In this document: positions 35,942 through 45,800 of the stretch, piece after piece
How the letters are laid out: each line of letters starts with the position of its first letter
Position numbering within the stretch: position 1 is the first letter of the stretch
NCBI GenBank assembly: GCA_947628205.1
Contig: CANQYX010000003.1
Location: 665-64,664 of the forward strand
Origin: an uncultured Clostridia bacterium
GTDB taxonomy: Bacteria > Bacillota > Clostridia > Christensenellales > UBA1242
Length of the DNA: 64,000 bases
Direction of reading: 5' to 3'
Program-made: the position numbers and the translations under genes
The notes under the pieces: model-generated
Told to the model about the DNA's origin: nothing
Databases searched by the model: none
The model's input: only the letters and a program-made list of their open reading frames with translations

Positions 35942-36016
35942 TGGCGCCCCGTGTAGGGCTCGAACCTACAACCTATCGGTTAACAGCCGAGTGCTCCACC
36001 ATTGAGCTAACGAGGC
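35942..36016 (-). tRNA. tRNA-Asn (anticodon GUU), CCA encoded
   Basis: The reverse complement reads GCCUCGUUAGCUCAAUGGUGGAGCACUCGGCUGUUAACCGAUAGGUUGUAGGUUCGAGCCCUACACGGGGCGCCA. Anticodon loop CUGUUAA. T-arm GUAGG-UUCGAGC-CCUAC. Confidence 0.93.
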
Positions 36017-36131
36017 AACATTGTTATTATACTATATAAAAATTTAATTGTCAACATATTTATTAAAAATTTCAAAAAATTTTTGTTATTTCTGCACCAA
36101 TTCTTTGCAAAGCACAAAAAATAAAAGCGCC

Positions 36132-38495
36132 CTAAGGTGCTTTTATGTTAATTTGGTCGTACAAATGATATCTGTTTAAAATGTGCAAATAATTTAACTT
36201 TATAAGTTGATTAGTGGCTTCCGATTTAAATAAATTAATTAAATAAGTGTCGGAAAGGACTTTGCCCGTTCTGTTATAGAAAGTTTTTAAATCTAAGGTA
36301 TAGCAATCTTCAGAGAACATTCCGCCAGTGTTAGAATAATAAACCACCAAATCTTTACCCGGTTGCCCAGTTAAAACTTCTTGTGCCAAGCCAGTTTGAC
36401 TATCTATTGCATATACATAGTCCGCCGGGCGGAAAACTGAGTGACCTAAATAATAATTTTCGTTGAAAGGTATCCCTAACAAATCAAGTAAGGTTGGAAT
36501 AATATCGTAGGCCGAGCAAAATCTATCGTTAATGTTATAATCTTTGCCGGTTGTTTTAGCAAGTTGTTTAAGGCCCGGGCTGGACATAATCATCGGGATA
36601 GAATTTAGTTCTATGCTTAAAGTGTCGTCTTGATTAAACCCTTTAACATGGTTTGATAGTGAGCCATAATAACAATAGTGGTCGGAATAAAGAACAAGGG
36701 TTGTTTTATCGTAAATATTTTTTTCTTTCAACTCGTTTATAATAACGCCAATTGCTTCGTCAAGCCCCATTGCACCGCACTCATAATACACCAATTGTTC
36801 GGTTATGCTGTTTTCTTCAAATTTATCCGTATTGGCGTTGTAGGTGCCATAATTTTTTAAAATATTATAATAAAATTCGCTATATTTTTCTTGTTCGGAT
36901 TCAATATCATCCCAATCTGATTTACGTTTCCAAACATAATTGTTATAGGCACTTTTCTTGTCCTCTAACAACTGACAATTGTCCTTTCCATATTTTACAT
37001 AGTCATAATAACGCAAAGCATCGCCATCATTTAAATTATCCTCCGGCGTGTAAGCTCCGTGAGAGGACACATTTAAGTAAAATGTGAAGAAAGGATTTTC
37101 GGTTTCTGGCACAATATAATTTAAAGCGTTGCGTGCAAATTCGGCTTCTGGCGCCCAATTGTTCCACTCTAAATTTGCCCCTTTATAAATTTGGTTTCCG
37201 TTTTCATCCACCAAACTATCTTTAAACACAACCTTGTCGAACCCTAAATTGCCGTGTGTTTCACTTCTACTATAAAATTTGCCCAAATTTGAATGAACAA
37301 AAGTTGTTTGATAGCCCTGCGCTTTCAACATGTTTGGCAAAGTGTAGCCAAACGCGTTCAAGCTTTTATCATAGCCATCGCCAGCAAAAGAGTTTAATGC
37401 TTCTCCAACCGGATAATGCCCTATAAACCCATACCCTTCGCTTATATTGGTTTTAGATTTGGCAAAGAAATTTTTAAATATGGTTGCATCATTTTGCGTG
37501 TTAGAGTTGTTTGTATCGGTTAGATAGTCATCCCCATAAATTATTGAATAAATGTTAGGCGTTAGCTCGTACGAGAGGTTGTTTAAAACCCTTTCGCGGT
37601 CGTATTGGCTTACGCCATTTTCTTCCGTTTTAATGTTGCCATTGCTAAACGCCAACCACTCCATAGATTCCATCATAAGCACAATAACATTGTTGCGCTC
37701 GGTGCCATTAGCTCCTTCGTATTTATCCACGCCAAACATTTCTCGTTTATTGCCCATTTCGTCAATTTCGTTATAAATGTTGCCATTTTTAAAATAATTT
37801 AAAGTTGCCTTTTTATGCGCTTCGTTAATTGAACCAAAGCTGTTAAAAATTAAATTTAACATATATCCATACGAGCCAAACTTAGTGTAACTTGTAGATT
37901 TTAAAAAGCTGGTGTTCATTAAAAAGGCATCGCTTTCGGTGTAATTGGCATCGGTTAAATCGCCCATCACATTTATATAACTTCGCATGTGAGTATAATA
38001 CCCTATAGATAAAAATTGAATGCTTAACAACAAAATAATGTTAAAAATTGAAAAATGTTGTTTAATTTTTATTTTAGCTTTTTTGCACACTTTTAGCATT
38101 ACAAAGCCAACAATGGAAATGGACAAAAAAACTGCAATAAGCTGAAAAATAATTTTAAAATAAACGAAATTTGTTGTTATTGCTGCGGCGGCCTCTCTAA
38201 CCAAATTTAGCATATCAAACGAAAAAAGATCGCCATAAATTGTATATAATGTGTAATTTATATATATTAGCACCACCTGAATAAGCAACAAAATTGTATA
38301 AACGATATATTGTGCGGTAAAATTTGGAATGCAAAATACAATTAAACCCAAAATTAAAATTATGCTTAAATCTAGCAAAAAATATTCAGGCACAACCCCA
38401 AAATGAAGCACTTTAAAGGCAATAAATTCCAAAATTAAAGCGCCCACCACAAAATATAGTATCATTAACAACTTGTTCACTAAGGACTTAATCAT
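36132..38495 (-). CDS. LTA synthase (LtaS) / sulfatase-family membrane protein
   Basis: About five N-terminal TM segments followed by an extracytoplasmic sulfatase-like domain (NVIVLMMESMEW...). Start moved to ATG 38495, because the ATG at 38504 overlaps the -10 hexamer. Confidence 0.8.
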   Translation of the reverse strand: MIKSLVNKLLMILYFVVGALILEFIAFKVLHFGVVPEYFLLDLSIILILGLIVFCIPNFTAQYIVYTILLLIQVVLIYINYTLYTIYGDLFSFDMLNLVREAAAAITTNFVYFKIIFQLIAVFLSISIVGFVMLKVCKKAKIKIKQHFSIFNIILLLSIQFLSIGYYTHMRSYINVMGDLTDANYTESDAFLMNTSFLKSTSYTKFGSYGYMLNLIFNSFGSINEAHKKATLNYFKNGNIYNEIDEMGNKREMFGVDKYEGANGTERNNVIVLMMESMEWLAFSNGNIKTEENGVSQYDRERVLNNLSYELTPNIYSIIYGDDYLTDTNNSNTQNDATIFKNFFAKSKTNISEGYGFIGHYPVGEALNSFAGDGYDKSLNAFGYTLPNMLKAQGYQTTFVHSNLGKFYSRSETHGNLGFDKVVFKDSLVDENGNQIYKGANLEWNNWAPEAEFARNALNYIVPETENPFFTFYLNVSSHGAYTPEDNLNDGDALRYYDYVKYGKDNCQLLEDKKSAYNNYVWKRKSDWDDIESEQEKYSEFYYNILKNYGTYNANTDKFEENSITEQLVYYECGAMGLDEAIGVIINELKEKNIYDKTTLVLYSDHYCYYGSLSNHVKGFNQDDTLSIELNSIPMIMSSPGLKQLAKTTGKDYNINDRFCSAYDIIPTLLDLLGIPFNENYYLGHSVFRPADYVYAIDSQTGLAQEVLTGQPGKDLVVYYSNTGGMFSEDCYTLDLKTFYNRTGKVLSDTYLINLFKSEATNQLIKLNYLHILNRYHLYDQINIKAP

Positions 38496-38502
38496 TGCTT
38501 GC

Positions 38503-38531
38503 ATTATATATCATAACTAAAAAAATGTCAA
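38503..38531 (-). promoter_or_regulatory. Consensus promoter of the LtaS-family gene; -10 ends 7 nt before ATG (leaderless-type)
   Basis: TTGACA (38531-26), 17 nt, TATAAT (38508-03), GCAAGCA, ATG at 38495. Confidence 0.65.
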
Positions 38532-38582
38532 GACATTTTTTGCGGGCGAGCATAAATAAAAGTATAAAATTTGAAAAAACTA

Positions 38583-38610
38583 TTGACTAGATTTAAAAGT
38601 GTGCTATAAT
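38583..38610 (+). promoter_or_regulatory. Promoter of the DUF1858 gene
   Basis: TTGACT (38583-88), 16 nt, TGcTATAAT (-10 at 38605-10). AAGGAG Shine-Dalgarno before the ATG at 38630. Confidence 0.65.
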
Positions 38611-38629
38611 AAAAATAAGGAGTGAATGT

Positions 38630-38815
38630 ATGAAATTCAAAAAAACCGATTTATTATGTGATGTTTTGCAAAAGCACGAAAAGGCAGAAGAAATTTTGTC
38701 TAATTTTGGCTTGGGTTGCATTTATTGCCCAATGGCACAGATGGAGAGTTTGGAAGAAGCGTGCGCTGTGCATGGGTTAGATATTAACGAGTTGCTAAAA
38801 TTATTAAATTCTTAA
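38630..38815 (+). CDS. DUF1858-like small protein (hybrid-cluster-protein-associated redox disulfide type)
   Basis: 61 aa. LLCDVLQKHEKAEEIL..FGLGCIYCPMAQMESLEEAC pattern. Confidence 0.65.
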   Translation: MKFKKTDLLCDVLQKHEKAEEILSNFGLGCIYCPMAQMESLEEACAVHGLDINELLKLLNS

Positions 38816-38841
38816 AAAAAACTGCTTAATGCAGTTTTTTT
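38814..38841. terminator. Bidirectional terminator
   Basis: AAAAAAAACTGC-ttaat-GCAGTTTTTTT between convergent genes. Confidence 0.75.
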
Positions 38842-41020
38842 AACGTTTTCTTTTGCGAATTCGAGTGTTTTTTTCCAGTTCTTTTTGGCTGGCCTCCATT
38901 TTAGCATTTTCTTCGGCAATTTGATTGTCTATTTCTTGCAAATAGCTGTCAATATCACCAATGTCTTTATCGTCCGTTATGGTTACCACCGATACATTTT
39001 TTGCCTTGCCAGATTGATCTTCTGGTTTAGCTTTGTCTTCCTGAGCTGAATCGTTGTCTTGAATAATTATAATTTTTCTTGGCCTACCCCTGCCGCGTTT
39101 TGGTTTGTTTAGTTCCTCTTCTGTCTTTTCCTTCTTTGGGCGGCCTACCGGTCGCTTAGGTTTGTCTGACTCCGTTTTAACCTTACGTGGGCGCCCCCTT
39201 TTGCCCACTTTTTTAGGTTTGCTTTCTGCCTCTTTTTTGGTGGAGTTTGTTTCTTCTAATTTTTCGGTTTCGTCAATTTTAGTTTCTTCAACCTGCTTAT
39301 CTTCTTTTTCGGCGGCGTGGCGGTTATCCTCGCCAATATAAGAACTTATTTTATTAATAATTTCTTGGTTGTCCACAACATTGTAGGCACTGTTTTCGTA
39401 GGTTGTGGTTTCAGGCATTTCCGTATTTTCAGGCAACTGACTGTCGGCTGCCGAATATTCTGAATAAGTTAAATCGTTGTTGCTAGAAGTGTTATAGTTA
39501 TAAGTTGGAGTGTTGTAGTCATCCACAGAAGAGAGATTAGTTTCGGCTGAATAAGATGTTTCTTCGCCCGCATTTGAGGCATATGGTGTTTCTGGCTGAC
39601 TTGGCGCAGGGTTTTGCTGAATTTCCTCGTACTCCTGTATTGGCTGAGCTGTTTTGTTATCTATAAGGTTTTTATTAAGTGAAGTTAAACTTGCAATTTG
39701 TGCTTTTAACTCGCCAATTTCATCTTTTTGGCGTTCGTTTTCGTTATTTGTGCGCTCTTTAACAACGCGCTCAGCATCGGCATAAACCTTTTGGCTATAA
39801 CTATCAAACTCGCTCATCATTCCACGCTCTAGCGCGGTGCGAGCTTGTTTTAATTGCTCGTTAACTTCATCCAACGCTTCTTGCAAGGTTTTTAACATCT
39901 GATTGTGTCGCTCGCTAGCGGTGTCATAATCTCTTTCCAAATTGCGCTGCCTATCCAACTCTTGTTGCTGTTGCTTTTTTAAATAGTTAGCCTCAATGGA
40001 AGAAGAGGCATCGTTAAGTTGTGCTTTAAAGTTATCGAACGTTTCTTTACTAACCTGCATTTCGCGCTGATATTCTTTAGTAATTTCGCGGAAATTGAGT
40101 TCTTCTTGCGTTATTTCGCTGTTAATTTGCTCGGTATCCTGCAAAAATTTGTTACGTTCCGCAATATAGTTCTCCGCTTCTTGCATGGCGCGTTCAAGCA
40201 CTAAAGATTTGGCAACGCCCGCTTCGTCAAAATTGAATTTTTCGTGTTCAACATTTTTCAATCTTGCACGCTCTAACTCGCGTTTTTCCTCATCTGCACG
40301 CCTTTGCAAATATGTATAAAGAACAGGAATACCCTTTTTAATTTCGTTTTTATCAAAAAGAAGTTCATAATCCACATATTCTGGGATGGTTGCCGCTGCT
40401 CTATCAATGTTCAATTCAAAATACTGGTAATTTTGGTTAAGGTCACTAACAATTGCATTGTGCCTAACATCAAAGAAAATTGTTACAAACAAATCAATAA
40501 TTAAAAGCAACACTGGGCATAGCAAGGAGCTTTGCAAAATGGCTGCAAGATTGTCGCCAACCGAATAATAGACATTTAAAATTAAACTGAAAAGTGCAAG
40601 AATAAAACAAATATAGTTTAAAATTTTTACATCTCGCTTATATGTGCTGTTTTTAATTGGGCTGGAAACACAAATTTCAAACGACATATATTCGCTTGCG
40701 CTTTTATCCCTATAAAGCACGAATTGTTGCCACTGTTTGCGAAGTTGTTTAGGAACCTTGCTAGATTTCATTTTGTTGTTAAACTCCAACAAATTTTCCG
40801 CATTTATTTCTGGCTCGCGCATAAAATAATTGTTAAACATATCAATTGCGCGAATAAGTTTTGCTTCATAAGAATTGGCGGTGGAAACTAGCACAATAAA
40901 GAATGCCAAAAGAAATAATGATAACGAAACCACCATAATAGAATTATAATTTAAATAGTTATTAAGTGAACCAAAAAACTTGTCCACAATATTAAAACCA
41001 TTATCAAAAATTGTTAACAT
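38840..41020 (-). CDS. Hypothetical 726-aa membrane protein with coiled-coil, an acidic S/T/N/Y-rich linker and three AT-hook (RGRP) motifs
   Basis: Three N-terminal TM segments. E/K/Q-rich heptad region. KRGRPRK, RPVGRPKK and GRGRPRK are encoded within about 39075-39210. Basic tail RIRKRKR. AGGGG Shine-Dalgarno. Confidence 0.75.
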   Translation of the reverse strand: MLTIFDNGFNIVDKFFGSLNNYLNYNSIMVVSLSLFLLAFFIVLVSTANSYEAKLIRAIDMFNNYFMREPEINAENLLEFNNKMKSSKVPKQLRKQWQQFVLYRDKSASEYMSFEICVSSPIKNSTYKRDVKILNYICFILALFSLILNVYYSVGDNLAAILQSSLLCPVLLLIIDLFVTIFFDVRHNAIVSDLNQNYQYFELNIDRAAATIPEYVDYELLFDKNEIKKGIPVLYTYLQRRADEEKRELERARLKNVEHEKFNFDEAGVAKSLVLERAMQEAENYIAERNKFLQDTEQINSEITQEELNFREITKEYQREMQVSKETFDNFKAQLNDASSSIEANYLKKQQQQELDRQRNLERDYDTASERHNQMLKTLQEALDEVNEQLKQARTALERGMMSEFDSYSQKVYADAERVVKERTNNENERQKDEIGELKAQIASLTSLNKNLIDNKTAQPIQEYEEIQQNPAPSQPETPYASNAGEETSYSAETNLSSVDDYNTPTYNYNTSSNNDLTYSEYSAADSQLPENTEMPETTTYENSAYNVVDNQEIINKISSYIGEDNRHAAEKEDKQVEETKIDETEKLEETNSTKKEAESKPKKVGKRGRPRKVKTESDKPKRPVGRPKKEKTEEELNKPKRGRGRPRKIIIIQDNDSAQEDKAKPEDQSGKAKNVSVVTITDDKDIGDIDSYLQEIDNQIAEENAKMEASQKELEKNTRIRKRKR

Positions 41021-41136
41021 AAATACCCCTAAAATTAATTTTTAATTAATTTTTCAATATTATTATAACACAATAAATAATTAAATACTAATATTTTTTA
41101 ATATTTTTTTAAAATTTTTTAACATTTTTTAAATTT

Positions 41137-41164
41137 ATAAAAAACACCTTAAAATAAGGGTGTT
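41137..41164 (-). terminator. Terminator after alr
   Basis: The minus strand reads AACACC-cttattttaa-GGTGTT followed by a T-run. Confidence 0.55.
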
Positions 41165-41215
41165 TTGTTATTTTAAGGCAATTTTTTATTATTTTATTAA
41201 AAATTTTTATTAATT

Positions 41216-42229
41216 TTAAATAATAATTGTTTTTGCGCGCATAAAACTGAACTTGGTGCCAACCTCATAACATGAAGAAGAAATATATTTTGCATATTTT
41301 TTTAAATTATTTTTTTCGTTTAAAATTTCTATTTCATCACCCTCTTTAAGCCGAGTTTTAGAGATGTCTAGCATAAAGCAATCCATACAGATGTTTAGCA
41401 CCCGACAAGGTGCGTTGTTTATTTTTAATTTTAACCCAAGATATTTCATATCAAACCCGTCCGCATAGCCAACAGGCAAAACGGCAATTTTTACTGGCTT
41501 TTTTGCCACAAAGCGATAGTCGTAACCAACCAGGTCACCTTTTTTAACATTATTTATTTTAACAATTTTGGTTTTTATTTTTAACACGCTTTTAAATTTG
41601 CCTGCCCCGTTATAAAGGTTGTAACCAATGCGAACCATGTCTAAGCTGTGGTTAAACTTTTCGTTAACAAAGCTGTTGTCCGCATGCACAATTGGGTTAA
41701 AGCCAAATTGCTTTGTTATGTTAACAAATTTTTTAAATGTTTTGAATTGCTTTTCAACAAATTGGTCAACCGTTGCAAAATGAGTAAAAACCCCCTCTAA
41801 AAACAGCAAACTTTTTGAAATTTTTTTTAATGCCATTTGATACTCTTTTGTGGAACTAAACCCATATCTGTTCATCCCTGAGTTTATTTTTAAATGAATT
41901 TTAAACGGCAAATTTAAACTAATTAAATAGTTAATGTCTTTTAAACTTTGGCAGGTGTAAGAAAAGGAGTTGTCAAGCTTGCCAAATTCCAGCGGGCCGA
42001 CAATTAAAATTGGATTTTTACAAATTTTTCTAACCGCTTTTGCCTCCATAACGCAGGCAACGCCAAAAAAATTGGCAAAAGGAGAAATAATTTTTACAAC
42101 TTCTTTTAACCCCACCCCATAAGCATTTGCTTTAACCATTGCACAAATTAACGAATTAGGATTTTTTTGTTTTATAAGTTTTATATTGTTAATTAAAGCG
42201 TGGCTGTTTATTATTTTTGTATTAAACAC
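41216..42229 (-). CDS. alr: Alanine racemase (short form, 337 aa)
   Basis: PLP-lysine motif MVKANAYGVG, VHADNS, and a C-terminal beta domain. GTG start 14 nt after the queH stop, with no Shine-Dalgarno. Confidence 0.8.
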   Translation of the reverse strand: MFNTKIINSHALINNIKLIKQKNPNSLICAMVKANAYGVGLKEVVKIISPFANFFGVACVMEAKAVRKICKNPILIVGPLEFGKLDNSFSYTCQSLKDINYLISLNLPFKIHLKINSGMNRYGFSSTKEYQMALKKISKSLLFLEGVFTHFATVDQFVEKQFKTFKKFVNITKQFGFNPIVHADNSFVNEKFNHSLDMVRIGYNLYNGAGKFKSVLKIKTKIVKINNVKKGDLVGYDYRFVAKKPVKIAVLPVGYADGFDMKYLGLKLKINNAPCRVLNICMDCFMLDISKTRLKEGDEIEILNEKNNLKKYAKYISSSCYEVGTKFSFMRAKTIII

Positions 42230-42243
42230 ATATTTATATATGT

Positions 42244-42828
42244 TTATTTTTGATTATTTGAAAAACTAAATTCGCAACCACAATAATTTTGCCTATAAAT
42301 ATTTAAATCCTTACAAACTTCAATTGAGCGCAAATATCCGTTTTCCTTTTTAAAATCGCAATGTAAAAACTTAATTCCATATTGCTTTTCTAACATTTCG
42401 CCCATGCTGTTTATAAATTGCGTGTCTTTATGCGGGCTTATTGAAAGTGTGGTGGTAACCACATCAAAATTATTTTCAACTGCAAATTTAAAAGCTTTGT
42501 CCATGCGATATGCAATGCACAATTTGCACCTTTCGCCACCCTCCTTTTCTTGCTCTTTACCTTTAACCAAACTTAAAAATTCGGCGTGGTTATAACCTAA
42601 TTCCACCACATTTACCCCAAGTTTTTTAAATTCGCCCAAGCGGGTTTTATACTCGGTTTCTGGGTAAATGTTAGGGTTAAAAAACAAAAATGTTATTTCA
42701 AAATGCTCTTTTAATTTTTCTATAACTCCAGACAAGCAAGGTGCACAACAACAATGCAAAACTAACCTTGGCTTAAAGCCAAAGTTAGCAATTTCTTCAT
42801 GCATGAGTTTGTTGTAATCGATTTTCAT
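42244..42828 (-). CDS. queH: Epoxyqueuosine reductase QueH (DUF208)
   Basis: 194 aa. Cys motifs LHCCCAPC, ERCKLC and YCGCEFS. Confidence 0.85.
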   Translation of the reverse strand: MKIDYNKLMHEEIANFGFKPRLVLHCCCAPCLSGVIEKLKEHFEITFLFFNPNIYPETEYKTRLGEFKKLGVNVVELGYNHAEFLSLVKGKEQEKEGGERCKLCIAYRMDKAFKFAVENNFDVVTTTLSISPHKDTQFINSMGEMLEKQYGIKFLHCDFKKENGYLRSIEVCKDLNIYRQNYCGCEFSFSNNQK

Positions 42829-42835
42829 AAAATTT

Positions 42836-42863
42836 ATTTTATCATAAATTTTAAATTTGTCAA
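42836..42863 (-). promoter_or_regulatory. queH promoter; -10 ends 7 nt before ATG (leaderless-type); -35 overlaps the stop codon of the giant gene
   Basis: TTGACA (42863-58), 16 nt, TGaTAAAAT (-10 at 42841-36), AAATTTT, ATG at 42828. The TGA of the 3702-codon ORF is at 42862-42860. Confidence 0.6.
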
Positions 42864-45800
42864 GCCAAAATAAATTTATAAGTTATATTGTTGTTATCGT
42901 TAAGTTTAAAGTTTACTTCAACATAGTTATCCACAAATTCAACCAGCAAAATTTGGTCGGCATCCTTAAAATGTGCCTCATTTTTTGTTGTTATTTCGCT
43001 AACGTTTGGAATAAACGAGTAATTAAATTCAACGCCCAAACTATCGCTAACATCTTCTAGCAAATAAAGTTTACACTCTTGGGCTGACTGTACAGTTGTT
43101 TTAAATTTAACTTCGTTAGATTTTTCAAGGTCTTCGCCGAACTCAACTGTGTAGAGTTTCAACTCGACAATTTGTTCGTTTGTTAAAATGCACATTTGAG
43201 TTGTGTAGCTATCTCGCGCCCAACTGTCTAGCGAACCTAAATTTGCGCCCACAACGTACATAACATATGTGCCAGAAATGCCAGAAATTGTGTTAATAAC
43301 GTTTGCAAATGGTGTGTTGTATTTTATGCCTTCTGGCAGATTTGCATTTGCCACCATGCCCACAGTGTCAATGTCGAAATCGCCATTAAAGGTTATTTGT
43401 TTATTTGCTGCATCGTAGCCATATTTTGAAACAATTTGTTCGTTGTTATATTTCGTGTTCAACTCAAAATTTGCTTGAATTGTGCCAACTGCAAGCCCCA
43501 ACACTTTGCGATACAAAATTGCATCAATCAAACTTGGCCTGCCTGCGCGATATGAATAGAACGAACTTAAATTTTCTAGCCAATAATTTAAACTATCAAT
43601 CGACAGGCTAACATTGTCAATGTATTGAATTTCTGCCTCGTCAAAATATTTTACATCGTTAGGAACAACATAATCGCTTGCGCAAGCATAATTCAACGAG
43701 CCAATTGCCGAAGATGGCATTGTAAACACATCTTTATCTAAAATTGTGCCAACAACGCCGCCCGTATATAGCCCAAGCAGTTTGCCAGAGAATTTTGAAT
43801 TTTTAATATATCCATTAACGCTTCTGCCAACAAGTCCGCCCACAGTTGTGTTAACCACGTTGGAAACATTAACAATATTAAGTTCGGCCGAACAATTTGT
43901 AATTAATCCACCAAGATTTAGGCCAACCAACCCTGCGCAAACGCGCGAATTGCCAAAGATATTTTCCACCTCATTTGCAACTGTAATGCTGCTATCTGCA
44001 ATTATACCGCGATTTTCGCCAATCAAGCCAGCCGCATAATATTGCCCCACAATATTGCAATTTTCAATTTGAACATTGCAGTTGGAAATTTTAACCCTTT
44101 CCCCAACAAAGCCAAACAACGTGCCAACAATGTCGCCTATAACCGTTAGGTTTGAATTAACAGTTATATTTTTAACATTCATATACATATTGTTCAAATA
44201 TCTGGTGTCGTTTATGTTGTAACTTGAATTTAAATATCCATCTAAAATTCCTACCACGCTTCCTGCATAATGGACATCTGATAGGTTGTAATTTATATCA
44301 AAATTATTGTTGCGTGACATGTAGATTGAATAACTAGAACCCGATTTGCTTTCCGCGTTAACATTTGCGCTTGACGTAATGCCATCCAAATCAAAGTTGC
44401 CGCGAACAATACCTGCCAAACCACCAACCGCATTAGAGCCAATTAAAACATTATCTTGCGAAGAAACTTCTATATTGTAAATTTTATAATTTTCAATTAT
44501 GCCAGCCAAAATGCCCACCGCTTGGGTGTGAGATGCGGTAAACCTTGTTGTGTTCAATCTTAAATTTGCCACAACAGGTTGCACTGTGATATCCGAAGTT
44601 GCAACAAGCTCTTTAAACAGGCCTATTGAATTGAGGTTGTTAGACGAAGAAATCATAATATTATCAATAAGCATATTGTTGCCTTGAAGGTTGCCGCTAA
44701 ATGTTCTTGTGCTGGTTGAAGGGTTGTCAATAACCGAACTAAAGTCAAGGTCGGTAACCAATCTAAAGTATTTTGAAGTGTTGTCGGATAAATAGTAATC
44801 CCATGTTGCAATGTTATATAAAATTATTGGATTTGTGCTTGTTCCATACCCGTTATCCAAAAGGACATAATGATATGTGGTTATAATTTGATTGTCCACT
44901 TCAACTTTCGATTCTTCCCTACGGATTGTTCTCAACCCGTAGAACATTGATTCGGTGGATTGACGAACTGTGTCCACCCTCACTTTGTTTTCAACCGATG
45001 TTAAGTGAGGCAATTCTCCGTTCAAAATCTGCCAACTGCCAGTTTCGTTATCCCCAAACATAAATTTGTTATAGGACGATTGTAAAAATCTGTTTTGCAC
45101 TGACACATAATCCACGCCTTCCACCTTATGATTTCTTAAATATTGGTCTTCCCCATAAGGCAAAGAGGAAAGGTCTATAATTTCATAAGAATTTGTTATG
45201 CCGGATGATATGTTGTCGTTCTTAGTTGTAAATTGTGTGCAAGCGGCACGGCTTGAAATAATGCCTTTATTAACATAGGTATAGCACAAATTGATTGTTC
45301 CTGAATTTGTGTCTACAAAACCGGCAAAATTGCTGTTAGTGCCAAACACGGCGTAATTGGTGTAGCAATTGAAAATATTGCCTCGATTAGAGTAAACAAA
45401 CCCACCAACTCTTCCATTTTGCGCAGTTATGTTACTGCTTTGTTGATCTCCCGACAAAGCGCGCCCACCAGCAAGCACATTGCACATTGAAATTTCATTA
45501 ATGTTGGAGTTAAGCCCATCTCCGCCATTAAACACCACAAGTCCGCCAACATACACGGTTGCGCTTGTTTCGTAGGCAAAAATAAATCCGCTGTCGTTTA
45601 TATTAATATGTTCTATGCCATTGCTGTTTTTTGTGCTGTAGAACACTTCTCTATCATTTAAGAAGAAATTTTCATTTTCGGCAAGATAAGAGCAAGAAAC
45701 AATTTTGCCACCATTTGTGTGCACCAAGCCCCCAATATTTGCTCTGCCCACCATTGCCAGCGAGGAATCGCTATGGGTAATATACCCTTGATTTGTGCAA

